Origin: a virus | Lineage: Duplodnaviria; Heunggongvirae; Uroviricota; Caudoviricetes | DNA: 64,000 nt | IMG/VR virus record: IMGVR_UViG_3300045988_009865 | Span: 24,263-88,262 of that record | Strand: one strand, 5' to 3' | In this document: one piece after another, positions 36,985 through 46,523 of the stretch | How positions within the stretch are numbered: the first letter of the stretch is position 1 | Layout: the number at the start of each line of letters is the position of its first letter | Translations under genes and position numbers: made by a program | Notes under the pieces: generated by a model | What the model saw: the letters and a program-made list of their open reading frames with translations, nothing else | Database searches by the model: none | What the model was told of the DNA's origin: nothing

Positions 36985-37287
36985 ATGATTATCTCTTTTA
37001 ATAGTGCTTTATTAGGCACTTATAAGGTTAAGACCGAACTCCTTGATGAGTGGAAAAAGTATACAAACTCACTTTTCGGTAATGTTGGGATGGAAGCCTT
37101 AGCAGAGATTGAGAAGGCTGGAACATTCGAAGTTGTTGGTAAAGGCCACTTTACAATGTTCTACAAAACAAATTTAAACGTTGGTGACAGTGTTGTTGGT
37201 GTCACTGAAGAAGAACTCAAAACATTTTGTGAAAAGATTGAGAGAGATACTAAATGGGAATCTGGAATAGTTTTAAATCAAAAGTAA
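36985..37287 (+). CDS. hypothetical protein
   Basis: Start chosen at ATG 36985 (RBS aaggtga); ORF-track start 36829 would overlap nrdG. Confidence 0.35.
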   Translation: MIISFNSALLGTYKVKTELLDEWKKYTNSLFGNVGMEALAEIEKAGTFEVVGKGHFTMFYKTNLNVGDSVVGVTEEELKTFCEKIERDTKWESGIVLNQK

Positions 37288-37511
37288 AAGCAGCACTGGC
37301 ATCACTAGGTATGCTTACTGGTGTTGACGTGACTCATCTCATGCAGAACTTCAAGATGGATGAGAAACTAGCTAATGAGATTATGAAAAGCATCTATGTA
37401 GGTCGTGGCAAAGGTGGTAAAAAACAAGCACATCGACCAACTGGTGCAGCAGCAATTAAACGTGCAGCTAAGAAAGCTCGTAACCGTAAACGTAACAAGA
37501 AGGCTAAATAA
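37254..37511 (+). CDS. small protein with highly basic C-terminal tail
   Basis: 85 aa; C-terminus KGGKKQAHRPTGAAAIKRAAKKARNRKRNKKAK. Confidence 0.35.
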   Translation: MGIWNSFKSKVKAALASLGMLTGVDVTHLMQNFKMDEKLANEIMKSIYVGRGKGGKKQAHRPTGAAAIKRAAKKARNRKRNKKAK

Positions 37512-37513
37512 TC

Positions 37514-37834
37514 ATGAACAAAGTTTATAATACTCGTAAATTACAGATTTTCGTACTGTGCCAGTTTATGGCTAAAGAGTATAACTACTACTATTGTGGT
37601 ACAGGGTTCATTAGTGACAATGACGGCTCATATCTACCATTTAAAGAGGCTGTAAAACTCTTCAATGAAGAGAAAAGCTCTAAGAAAGATATTGAAAAGG
37701 TTAAGCTAACCTACAGCAAGAAAGATAAGAAGATTATCTGCCTAGATAACTTTGTAAAAGTTACTGGAGAAGCAAAAGAGTTTATGGATGAGAGTGAAAT
37801 CTCATTTACAAGCATCTTGAAAGTAGCTCAGTAA
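37514..37834 (+). CDS. hypothetical protein
   Basis: 106 aa. Confidence 0.35.
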   Translation: MNKVYNTRKLQIFVLCQFMAKEYNYYYCGTGFISDNDGSYLPFKEAVKLFNEEKSSKKDIEKVKLTYSKKDKKIICLDNFVKVTGEAKEFMDESEISFTSILKVAQ

Positions 37835-37847
37835 ACAGATACTATAA

Positions 37848-37875
37848 GGGGACTGTAAAGGTTCCCTTTTTATTT
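37848..37875 (+). terminator. intrinsic terminator
   Basis: ggggac-loop-gttccc hairpin then ttttt atttt. Confidence 0.5.
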
Positions 37876-37885
37876 TGGAGATAAT

Positions 37886-38401
37886 ATGTATCTGTCAAAT
37901 CTGAAACGTTCTGCTGCAATGTCTGTCCTAAGACTGAGCTTTGATGAACGTCAAGAGTTCATTGACTCCCACCAATACGACCCTTCTAACTCTAATCACA
38001 TGATTCTCTGGAATCGTGACAGTACTCGTGAAAGAGCACTATTCCGCTATTACCCATATTACACCATAGATAATCTGTATGAATGTTTTGTTGTGAAGAA
38101 CACCATTGTAGTGCTCAATAAGCTTTGTAGATACACAGGTAACCAGTCCTTCACATTAGGTCACCACAAGCCTGTTACAAAAGGTGGTGAACATCACTGT
38201 GCAAACTGGTTTATCCAGACTAAAGCTGATAATCAGAAGCAAGGAGATAACCTTCTAAGTACTCCTAAGATGACCTATGAAGAGCAAGAGAAATATATCA
38301 AAAATAATATGCCAGATGTGCTTGACAACAACTATACAGATTTGGCAATATCTCTCCTGTTGAAGTTTGAGACAGTTTATAGGGCAACTTACAATGGCTA
38401 A
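37886..38401 (+). CDS. HNH endonuclease-like protein
   Basis: 171 aa; LGHHKPVTKGGEHHCANW...N..KQGDN HNH-type motif. Confidence 0.45.
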   Translation: MYLSNLKRSAAMSVLRLSFDERQEFIDSHQYDPSNSNHMILWNRDSTRERALFRYYPYYTIDNLYECFVVKNTIVVLNKLCRYTGNQSFTLGHHKPVTKGGEHHCANWFIQTKADNQKQGDNLLSTPKMTYEEQEKYIKNNMPDVLDNNYTDLAISLLLKFETVYRATYNG

Positions 38402-38672
38402 AGCAGATTGGGAAATAAAAGACCTAATAAGTGATGCTGGAAATGGTTGTGAGATGTATATGATTCGTGGTCATGTACCAGACCCATTAGCTCTTGAGAT
38501 GATTGACCATCACACAAATGGATTCTACAAAGAACTAGGTGAACCAAATGTTGAACGCACTTGGACAAAACCAGTACCAGATAGCACAGGCAACTGTTCA
38601 GTCCTCTATCACATTGTGAATCCACAAAAATGCAAAACAGCTATGGCTGTGACATTCGTAACTTTTGATTGA
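38394..38672 (+). CDS. hypothetical protein
   Basis: Start refined to ATG 38394; 92 aa. Confidence 0.35.
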   Translation: MAKADWEIKDLISDAGNGCEMYMIRGHVPDPLALEMIDHHTNGFYKELGEPNVERTWTKPVPDSTGNCSVLYHIVNPQKCKTAMAVTFVTFD

Positions 38673-38684
38673 GAGAGAAAAACT

Positions 38685-39566
38685 ATGAAAACATCTATCC
38701 GTGTTATAATTCATTCACCGACAAAAGGGTCTCATGAAGAAGAGTTTAACATCATCCAGTTCCCTTCTGGTGAGATTGGTGGACACTTTTCACAAGAGCT
38801 TGTTGACTTTACTGCTCACGCAGCATCATCCATCAACAATGTGATTATGATTGTAAAAGGCTATGATAAAGACACATTGTTTGCTGTGGCACTTGCTAAA
38901 GAAGCAATTGATGATTTAGTTCCTCATGAATATGCCTTAAAGACTGTCATCTTTTACTACTTACCAAATGCACGATATGACCGTCACATGTTTAAAGGTG
39001 ATGCAGCAGCTTTGAAGGTTTTTGCTAAACAGGTTAATGCAATGGGGTTTGGTGCGGTCTGTGCAGTTGACCCTCACAGTTATGTGCCAGATAACCTGTT
39101 TAACTGCTTCCAAAGTATTCCTCAAAATGAAATTGCAGTCCACTATGCAAATGACCCACTGGTTGATTACTTAGTAGCCCCAGATGCAGGTGCTTCTAAG
39201 AAGATTGCAGAGTCTGCTAAAGAGGTGGATAAACCATATATCACAATGTCTAAAGTACGTAACCTTAAGACTGGTGAAATTACTGGTATGCGAATCCTTG
39301 ATGATGTTGATTTGACAGATAAAACTGTTATGATTCTGGATGATATCTGTGATGGTGGTCGAACCTTCATAGAAGCAGCTAAACATCTTCGTGAAGCAGG
39401 TGCAAAACGTGTAGAACTCTATGTAACACATGGTATCTTTTCTAAAGGTGTTGAAAACCTTCTTGACAATGGTATTGACCACATCTACACTACAAACTCT
39501 TTAGGAGAAGCTAAAGACCGTGGCTTAACACATTATGGTCAAGTTACTGTAGCAAACCTTGATTAA
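38685..39566 (+). CDS. ribose-phosphate pyrophosphokinase-like protein (PRPP synthetase family; candidate ADPR-PP synthetase)
   Basis: 293 aa; phosphoribosyl-binding loop MILDDICDGGRTF; adjacent to NAMPT-like gene. Confidence 0.75.
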   Translation: MKTSIRVIIHSPTKGSHEEEFNIIQFPSGEIGGHFSQELVDFTAHAASSINNVIMIVKGYDKDTLFAVALAKEAIDDLVPHEYALKTVIFYYLPNARYDRHMFKGDAAALKVFAKQVNAMGFGAVCAVDPHSYVPDNLFNCFQSIPQNEIAVHYANDPLVDYLVAPDAGASKKIAESAKEVDKPYITMSKVRNLKTGEITGMRILDDVDLTDKTVMILDDICDGGRTFIEAAKHLREAGAKRVELYVTHGIFSKGVENLLDNGIDHIYTTNSLGEAKDRGLTHYGQVTVANLD

Positions 39567-39575
39567 AACTTTATA

Positions 39576-39596
39576 GGGGCTTAAAAGCCCCATTTT
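39576..39596 (+). terminator. intrinsic terminator
   Basis: ggggctt-aa-aagcccc hairpin then atttt. Confidence 0.55.
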
Positions 39597-39611
39597 GAGA
39601 GAGATTAAAAG

Positions 39612-41393
39612 ATGACTAAATCACTTTATGCAGTCCCAGCAGGTTTAAAAGCAGATGCTTACAAATCTGGTCACATTTACCAGTACCCTAGTGCAACAGA
39701 ATACTTGATGTTCAACCTGACACCACGTAGTGATAAGTGGTTTAACAGCCCTTTAGCCATTGACGGTGTAGTGGCTTTTGGTATCCAACGTTTTGTTAAA
39801 GATTATTTAATAGACCACTGGAATGCCACCTTCTTTGAACGTGACAAAAAAGAAGCAATTGACGAAATCTTAGAAGTCATGAACGGTGTTCTGGGTAAAG
39901 ATGCTATTGGTCGAGAACATTGGGAAGCACTCCACGACTTAGGTTATCTACCGGTTGAAGTATACGCTGTAGAAGAAGGCACAGTTGTCCCTATGCGTGT
40001 ACCAATGATTGTCTTCCAGAACACTGTCTCAGGTTTCCATTGGGTAGCGGGGTATCTGGAAGATGCTTTCTCTGCTGAGATTTGGAAGGCTTGTACCATT
40101 GCAACTATTGCATTGCACTACAAACGTATTTGTAAGAAGTGGTCTGACCTTACTTGTGACAATGACTTACATTTGCCTTATCAGTGCCATGACTTTGCTA
40201 TGCGTGGTATGTCTGGCTTTACTGATGACGCATTTAATGCTGTAGGTCACTTAACCAGCTTTAAAGGGACTGATAGCTTCCCTGCTGTATACACGGCTAA
40301 ACGAATCTATGGACAGTCCTACCCAATCTCTGATATTGGTAGTTCTGTACCAGCCACTGAACACTCTGTAATGTGTGCAAACATTGCTTGGGAAGGTGGC
40401 AATGAGTTGATTGAAGAAGAAAGACGTTTTAAAGGTGAGTTACAAACCTTCCGTCGTTTCTTAACAGAAACTTACCCAACTGGTATTGCAAGTGTTGTTT
40501 CAGATACTTATAACTTCTGGAGAACTGTATCAGTTATATTACCAGAACTCCGTAAAGAGATTATGGAACGTGATGGCAAACTGGTAATTCGTCCTGACTC
40601 TGGAGACCCTGTACATATTGTCACAGGTTATAAAGCAATCCACTTAGAGTGTGCTAAAAAGGCTTATTACGAACACCTAAGCAAGCTGGAAGCCAGCGAC
40701 ACAATGTTGAATGCTGTTCTGAACATGAAGCTTGAAAACATCAACTATGGTATTGCTGGATGGCTACTGTCAGAAGGATACGAGATGGTTGTTGACAGAG
40801 AAGACTTTGAAGTTGCTGATACAGTGATGTTGAAAAACGCTTATATGGTTGGTTCTGCAAACGTTGTAACACGTCCTGTAGCAGAGATTGATGGGGCTAT
40901 TAAGACCTTGTATAACATCTTTGGAGGGACTATCAACTCTAAAGGTTTTAAGGTACTGGATGAACACATTGGCCTTATTTATGGTGACTCTATCACGTTG
41001 GAACGTGCAAACGAAATCCTGAAGCGTTTGTATGAAATGGGTTTTGCAAGCTCTAACGTAGTGTTTGGTGTGGGTTCTTACACTTACCAGTACATGACTC
41101 GTGATACCTTTGCATTTGCTGTCAAAGCAACTCTTGCAAGCATTGGTGGTAAAGAGATTATGCTTGCAAAAGACCCTAAAACAGATAGTGGTGTTAAGAA
41201 GTCTGCTTTTGGTGGTGTAGCACCTATGTGGGATGGTGATAATCTGAAAGCTGTAGATGGCTATGGATTCCAGAGCTTTGCAGATGTGCTAGAGCATCCA
41301 GCTTGCGCTTTACGTTTAGTCTTTAGCGACTCTGAGCAGTTCGGTTACACAACTCTTGGTGATATTCGAAATAATATTGACAAGCAGCTTTAA
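39612..41393 (+). CDS. nicotinamide phosphoribosyltransferase-family protein (NAMPT/NadV-like; candidate Namat)
   Basis: 593 aa; N-terminal DAYKSGHIYQYP matches the NAMPT DSYK..H..QYP signature. Confidence 0.75.
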   Translation: MTKSLYAVPAGLKADAYKSGHIYQYPSATEYLMFNLTPRSDKWFNSPLAIDGVVAFGIQRFVKDYLIDHWNATFFERDKKEAIDEILEVMNGVLGKDAIGREHWEALHDLGYLPVEVYAVEEGTVVPMRVPMIVFQNTVSGFHWVAGYLEDAFSAEIWKACTIATIALHYKRICKKWSDLTCDNDLHLPYQCHDFAMRGMSGFTDDAFNAVGHLTSFKGTDSFPAVYTAKRIYGQSYPISDIGSSVPATEHSVMCANIAWEGGNELIEEERRFKGELQTFRRFLTETYPTGIASVVSDTYNFWRTVSVILPELRKEIMERDGKLVIRPDSGDPVHIVTGYKAIHLECAKKAYYEHLSKLEASDTMLNAVLNMKLENINYGIAGWLLSEGYEMVVDREDFEVADTVMLKNAYMVGSANVVTRPVAEIDGAIKTLYNIFGGTINSKGFKVLDEHIGLIYGDSITLERANEILKRLYEMGFASSNVVFGVGSYTYQYMTRDTFAFAVKATLASIGGKEIMLAKDPKTDSGVKKSAFGGVAPMWDGDNLKAVDGYGFQSFADVLEHPACALRLVFSDSEQFGYTTLGDIRNNIDKQL

Positions 41394-41408
41394 AAGTATA
41401 TGATAAGA

Positions 41409-41429
41409 GGCTCCTACGGGAGCCTTTTT
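41409..41429 (+). terminator. intrinsic terminator
   Basis: ggctcc-tacg-ggagcc hairpin then ttttt. Confidence 0.7.
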
Positions 41430-41446
41430 AATTTCTGGAGAATGCT

Positions 41447-41791
41447 ATGGACAACCTTTCCATATGGTTTAACAAGAAACCTGTACAACCGAAATACTTA
41501 CAAGTTGCCTACACAGACATCCTTGAAGTTCTCGGTAAAGAAAAGTTTGAAAAGTTTTGTGAAGGTATCTACAATCACCACTGCCAATTTGCTACAAAAG
41601 AAGGTATGTTTGTCATAGAACAGTTCTTTGGCAGAGACCCAGATGATTATGAAGAGATTAGCTTTGTAATGAAATACATGATAGAGTATATTGAAAATCG
41701 TGGATTCGAAGTTAATCCTGAATTTTATGAGCATGAGGGTGTACCTTTAGCAAAAGGTTTTGATGGCATACTCGTTAACTGGACTTGGTGA
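41447..41791 (+). CDS. hypothetical protein
   Basis: 114 aa; RBS ggagaa upstream. Confidence 0.4.
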   Translation: MDNLSIWFNKKPVQPKYLQVAYTDILEVLGKEKFEKFCEGIYNHHCQFATKEGMFVIEQFFGRDPDDYEEISFVMKYMIEYIENRGFEVNPEFYEHEGVPLAKGFDGILVNWTW

Positions 41792-42132
41792 AAATTATGA
41801 AAATCAAAGAGATGAACATCAACATTGTCTTAGAAGAACGTTGGGAGAACATCAAGAAGCCTGAGAATGGTCATAAGTTCCTCAACAAAATCTTAGTAGC
41901 AGCTAAAGAAGAACTGACTGGCAAGGTTGCAGCGGCAATCACAATAAAGGTCTGTGTAAAAGGTCTTCCAGACAATCACCAATTTGCACTTGACGAGTTC
42001 AAAGAGAGCTTCTACAATCCAAACAAACAGATGCTTGAAAGTAACTTTGCAGTATCTACAAGTATCGTCCATGACAGAAGCTTTATCCTTTACAAGAATA
42101 TGAGAGGTGAGTCATGCAAGCATATTGGATAG
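41785..42132 (+). CDS. hypothetical protein
   Basis: 115 aa. Confidence 0.35.
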   Translation: MVKIMKIKEMNINIVLEERWENIKKPENGHKFLNKILVAAKEELTGKVAAAITIKVCVKGLPDNHQFALDEFKESFYNPNKQMLESNFAVSTSIVHDRSFILYKNMRGESCKHIG

Positions 42133-42290
42133 AAATTTTACTGTCACTTGGTAGTGTAGCAGTATTTGTTTACCTTCTTTGCAAGTACTATGCAGAACAC
42201 AAAAAATGTGACTTCTGTAATGGAGAGGGTTATACAAGAGCAGGTTGCTGCCCTATGTGTGGTGGTTCTGGTAAAATGTTTAATAAGTAA
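42114..42290 (+). CDS. membrane-anchored micro-protein with two CxxCxGxG (DnaJ-type) zinc-finger motifs (58 aa, not in ORF track)
   Basis: ATG 42114 after gaggtga RBS; hydrophobic ILLSLGSVAVFVYLL then CDFCNGEG and CPMCGGSG. Confidence 0.4.
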   Translation: MQAYWIEILLSLGSVAVFVYLLCKYYAEHKKCDFCNGEGYTRAGCCPMCGGSGKMFNK

Positions 42291-42318
42291 TTTAACAGTA
42301 AACTAAGAGGAAAGTATT

Positions 42319-44685
42319 ATGCGCATGGTAAACGACCACGCAGAAGTGATTAAGAGTTCAACTTCTTTAGAGACGTCTCAAGCACAGATTACAATGACAC
42401 CTGAAATGTTCAGCCTTTTGAGTTCTGGTGTATATACCTTTAAAGAAAGGGCAGTTATTCGTGAACTGTCATGTAACGCAGTAGATGCTCAGAAAGAAGC
42501 TGGAAAAGAGAACATCCCGTTCCATGTGCATTTACCTACTCGTTTTGAGCCTTACTTTGAAGTTCGTGATTTTGGAACTGGATTGACTCATGATAAAGTT
42601 ATGAGTTTGTATCTAAATTACGGGGCTTCTACGAAGAATGACTCTAATGACTACATTGGTGCAATGGGTATCGGCTCAAAATCCCCATTTGCAATTGCTC
42701 AGTCATTCACAGTATCTAGCTATGTTGATGGTGTTGTCAATAAGTACTCTGTTTACCTTGAGAATGGTATTCCTCAAGTAACTAAGCTTACCACTAACCC
42801 AACAAAAGAGCCTAATGGTTTAGCTGTACGTGTAGCAGTTGCTGACCACCGTATCTCAAAGTTCTTTGAAGAAGCTGGACATGTATATTCATACTTTGCT
42901 GTAAAACCAGAAAGTAATATCGAGTACGACGATGTATTAGCAGATATGAATGTTATTGCCCGTGAAGAAGGTGTTTATGATGCCATGATTCATAAGCAAA
43001 GCTGGCGTTCTAGTGGTAACAGGACAGAGTTTAATGTGGTGATGGGTAATATCGCCTATCCAGTTAACATGGAAGCATTACTTGGTGATGATTTCTTCAA
43101 AGTCTTGCCAGAGTTTTTCCGTAGGAGCGTAGACCTTGTAAACATCTACATGCCTATTGGTTCAGTTGCTATTGCAGCTTCTCGTGAAGCATTGCAGATG
43201 AATGATACGACAAAAAATGTTATCATCGAGGCTACTAAAAAGATAACTGAAGCAATTACAAAGGATGTTATCAAGAAAGTTAATAGCCAACCTACACTCA
43301 TGGATGCTGCACAGGCTTATGCTGAGTTACGTTTAAACTCACGAGAGATGTTTAATGCTGTGTGTCCAAAGCTAGAGTGGGGTGGTGTTAAGCTTGATTC
43401 TCTGGAAGAAGAATTACTAAACATTCGTCGTGGAATTATCTACGCAGAAGACGGCTCAGTCATTTACGAGCGTGACGGTAAAGGTAATATTAAGGTTGAT
43501 AGGAACGGGAACAATATCCCTAAAGTAGATTATCTTTATGACCCAGTTGCTTATGTCAAGTTCAACTCTTTAGAGAGTAAGATTCGTGCAACATCGCTTT
43601 CCTACACTCAAGAGGCAAGTATGTTCAATATCTTCGGAGCAATGCGTAAAAGTCAAATTGAACAGTTTTTGTTTGTCATAAATGACCGTCGCAATAAAAA
43701 CGGTACTGAGAAGACTGTAGGACGCAATCAAATCTTGCGTGGTGCATGTCGAGACTATGCCAGTGAGTCGAGTATGTTTCACAGATACAATGGTATTGTC
43801 TTTGTATTCTCGACTGAAAAAGAGTTAGACAACCTAATCAATCTACACAAACTTGATAAAAGCTTGTTAAAGATTGTAAAGATGTCTGATAAGGAGCACC
43901 ATTATCAGCGTAAAGAAGCTGTAAGAGGTGTTGTAAAACTCTGGAAAGCCGTTCCAGCAGAAGGTGTAGCTTCATACAAAGAGGTGTCAGAAGACTTAGA
44001 TACGATTGAAGAGCCTCAGCTTTATATTAAGGCAGTAGGCGACACAGTTGATGGTGAATGTTTTTGCTCATCTCCAGAAGATGTAGCTAAGTCAGTTGCC
44101 AATGTCATTGGAAAGACAGTCTATGTTTTCCGAAAAGCAAATTGGAAAAAGATACCAGAAGACTGGATTGAAGTAGATGAGAAGCTCTTGAACGACAGCT
44201 TAACTGATGTTCACTGGATTAACCATAACAGGTATATGACACGTATCTATATGAATGGTGTCCTTGACCTTACAAGCAGTTGGATTATTGCCAGAAACTT
44301 TACGTTCAATAACAGGAAGATTTCTCGTGGTTATTGTTATTCACGAGATACAAACAAAACTATCTTCTTAGAAGGTAATGAAGATGCTGTTGAGGCAATG
44401 TTTGGTAAAATCCAATACGTTGCTGCACCGTTTGCATACACTTACACTGTTAGCAGGTTGCAAACTTTGAAAGAATGTCTTGACAACGATACAAAGCTGT
44501 ACAAGAAAATCAAGAAAGCGGGTGACCGTATGGTCATTAAGGTGACAAACTATCTTTCAAAAAGAAAACAAGAAAACTTCTTGCTTTCTCATTTAGATTG
44601 GAATAAAGTGTCACCCATCGAAGTGAGTAAGTTCTTAGGCTTTGATGTAAAGTGTGTTCCAGAAGGGACTACAATTTACGATTAA
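42319..44685 (+). CDS. rIIA: rIIA-like protein (GHKL ATPase N-terminal domain)
   Basis: 788 aa; VIRELSCNAVDA, DFGTGL, GAMGIGSKSPF boxes as recalled from T4 rIIA; no TOPRIM motif. Confidence 0.7.
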   Translation: MRMVNDHAEVIKSSTSLETSQAQITMTPEMFSLLSSGVYTFKERAVIRELSCNAVDAQKEAGKENIPFHVHLPTRFEPYFEVRDFGTGLTHDKVMSLYLNYGASTKNDSNDYIGAMGIGSKSPFAIAQSFTVSSYVDGVVNKYSVYLENGIPQVTKLTTNPTKEPNGLAVRVAVADHRISKFFEEAGHVYSYFAVKPESNIEYDDVLADMNVIAREEGVYDAMIHKQSWRSSGNRTEFNVVMGNIAYPVNMEALLGDDFFKVLPEFFRRSVDLVNIYMPIGSVAIAASREALQMNDTTKNVIIEATKKITEAITKDVIKKVNSQPTLMDAAQAYAELRLNSREMFNAVCPKLEWGGVKLDSLEEELLNIRRGIIYAEDGSVIYERDGKGNIKVDRNGNNIPKVDYLYDPVAYVKFNSLESKIRATSLSYTQEASMFNIFGAMRKSQIEQFLFVINDRRNKNGTEKTVGRNQILRGACRDYASESSMFHRYNGIVFVFSTEKELDNLINLHKLDKSLLKIVKMSDKEHHYQRKEAVRGVVKLWKAVPAEGVASYKEVSEDLDTIEEPQLYIKAVGDTVDGECFCSSPEDVAKSVANVIGKTVYVFRKANWKKIPEDWIEVDEKLLNDSLTDVHWINHNRYMTRIYMNGVLDLTSSWIIARNFTFNNRKISRGYCYSRDTNKTIFLEGNEDAVEAMFGKIQYVAAPFAYTYTVSRLQTLKECLDNDTKLYKKIKKAGDRMVIKVTNYLSKRKQENFLLSHLDWNKVSPIEVSKFLGFDVKCVPEGTTIYD

Positions 44686-44690
44686 AGTGT

Positions 44691-44720
44691 TTGACAAGGG
44701 GCTTTGAAGCCCCTTAGAAT
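44691..44720 (+). promoter_or_regulatory. possible promoter (TTGACA-17/18-TAGAAT) with hairpin in the spacer
   Basis: ttgaca 44691-44696; ggggctttgaagcccc in the spacer; tagaat 44715-44720. Confidence 0.4.
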
Positions 44721-44764
44721 AACCTCACAAAATGATTTATTAACTAACAAGAGAGAGTAACAAG

Positions 44765-45874
44765 ATGACTACTAAAACTAAAGCACAGATTGACGCAGAA
44801 ATTTACAAACTGGTTAAAGAAGGTAAGCTGACTAAAACAGCTATTGCACAGAAGTTCAATACTTCAACCCGTTCAGTTGGTCGTGCTGTAGAGCGTCATG
44901 AAGCAACCTTAAAAGGTAAGAAGAAGGCGACTTCTACACCAGCTAAGAAGACCCTAAAGCAAGTTGCTAAGTCAGTTAAAAAGAAAGCTGGCAAACCAGT
45001 TGAAAAGGTTGTTAAAGACACTGTACAGAAAGTTCCAGTAAATAAACTGCACGAAGCTATGCAGAAAGATGACAAGATTGAGTACATGATTACTGGTGAC
45101 TCTGTAATTATGACTTATGGTTCAGAATCTGAAATTGTTGAGTCTACTCATCCGAACTATCAAGAAATTGTAGTTCATGTTGTGAAAGGTGAGTTCAAGA
45201 AAGCATTTGAACTGATGAACATTCGTAAGTCTATCGAAAACTTCACTCAGGGTGCTATCACAATCAAAGGTGACAAGTTATTCTACGGTGCTGTTGAGAT
45301 GCGTTCTACTCTGGTTGACCGTATTCTTCACATGATGAAGACTGGTGATAAAGGTTTTGAACGACTTGTAATGTTCTTCGAAAAACTGATGGAAAACCCA
45401 TCTAAAGATTCTGTAGAACAACTTTGGGGATTCATATCTCACCTTGATGTTGAAATTGATGAAGAAGGTTACATCATTGGTTGGAAGAAAGTCTCTACTC
45501 GTGAAGGCAAGTTGGTTGACTCCCACACCTACAAAGTACCTAATGATTTGGGTAACATTGTAGAAATGCCACGTTGGATGGTTGACAACAACCGTAACGT
45601 AACTTGCTCTCAGGGTCTTCATGTTGGTGCTTGGGATTATGTTCGTTGCTTCTCAGGTGATACAATCCTGAAGGTTCGTGTCCATCCACGAGATGTTGTA
45701 TCTGTTCCGACTGATTACAACGATATGAAGATGCGCTCATCCCGTTATGAAGTTGCAGCAATCGTTGATAATCAGCGTAAAGTGCTGAAAGCATGGGACG
45801 GTAAGACTGAAGCTTTGCATGTCATCGTTGGCACTGCTGGTGAACTTATCTCTCAACGTAAACGTGAAATCTAA
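44765..45874 (+). CDS. rIIB: rIIB-like protein
   Basis: 369 aa; CSQGLHV and VHPRDVVSVPTDYNDMKMR resemble the conserved rIIB C-terminus; follows rIIA. Confidence 0.7.
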   Translation: MTTKTKAQIDAEIYKLVKEGKLTKTAIAQKFNTSTRSVGRAVERHEATLKGKKKATSTPAKKTLKQVAKSVKKKAGKPVEKVVKDTVQKVPVNKLHEAMQKDDKIEYMITGDSVIMTYGSESEIVESTHPNYQEIVVHVVKGEFKKAFELMNIRKSIENFTQGAITIKGDKLFYGAVEMRSTLVDRILHMMKTGDKGFERLVMFFEKLMENPSKDSVEQLWGFISHLDVEIDEEGYIIGWKKVSTREGKLVDSHTYKVPNDLGNIVEMPRWMVDNNRNVTCSQGLHVGAWDYVRCFSGDTILKVRVHPRDVVSVPTDYNDMKMRSSRYEVAAIVDNQRKVLKAWDGKTEALHVIVGTAGELISQRKREI

Positions 45875-45889
45875 TAAGTAATTTCTTAA

Positions 45890-45912
45890 AAGGCTGCTTC
45901 GGCGGCCTTTTT
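45890..45912 (+). terminator. intrinsic terminator
   Basis: ggctgc-ttcg-gcggcc hairpin then tttttt. Confidence 0.65.
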
Positions 45913-45974
45913 TATTTGTATTTTGTGCAGAGTGCTGTATAATTGTTGTCACGATAAACTAAACAGGAGAACCA

Positions 45975-46523
45975 ATGAAGAAGTTGATTCTAGGTTTGTG
46001 CTTAATGTTTACAGCACACTTATCTTATGCAGTTGACTGCCCAGAGCTATCAATTAGCCAAAAAGTAAACATGTTAAAAGCTTACCAATATGGTGAGAAT
46101 AATATGGGTAAAGGTTGGGGTATCACTCTAGCTGCTATAGCCTTACAAGAGTCAGAGTTAGGTCTGAAGGTAGAGAATAAAAAGACCCATGACTATGGTA
46201 TCTTCCAGAATCACTTGAAGACTGTTGTAAAGCGTAACAAAATCAGTCCTAATGTGGCTAAAAAGAAACTCTTAAAAGATTTTGACTATGCTGCAAAGGA
46301 AACACACAAAGAGCTTGAGTTTTGGACGAAGGTACATGGTCAACCAAAGTCAAAGAAGACTTTACAAAAAGTTTTAGCATCATATAATGCTGGGTATTCG
46401 TACAAAATCCCTAAAGCTAAGAAATATTCTCAAGATGTCTATAACAACATGAAAGTTATTGCTCAATGTGAATTTGCAACAAACATTTCTAAGGTAAATC
46501 ATGAAAAAATTAAGAAAGTCTGA
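45975..46523 (+). CDS. secreted protein, possibly transglycosylase-like
   Basis: 182 aa; signal peptide MKKLILGLCLMFTAHLSYA; AIALQESELG...YGIFQN loosely SLT-like (weak). Confidence 0.35.
   Translation: MKKLILGLCLMFTAHLSYAVDCPELSISQKVNMLKAYQYGENNMGKGWGITLAAIALQESELGLKVENKKTHDYGIFQNHLKTVVKRNKISPNVAKKKLLKDFDYAAKETHKELEFWTKVHGQPKSKKTLQKVLASYNAGYSYKIPKAKKYSQDVYNNMKVIAQCEFATNISKVNHEKIKKV

Noticed and set aside
42319-44685. Type II topoisomerase/gyrase-like call for the GHKL protein
   Set aside because: No TOPRIM (EGDSA-type) motif; the box pattern and the downstream partner fit rIIA/rIIB better.
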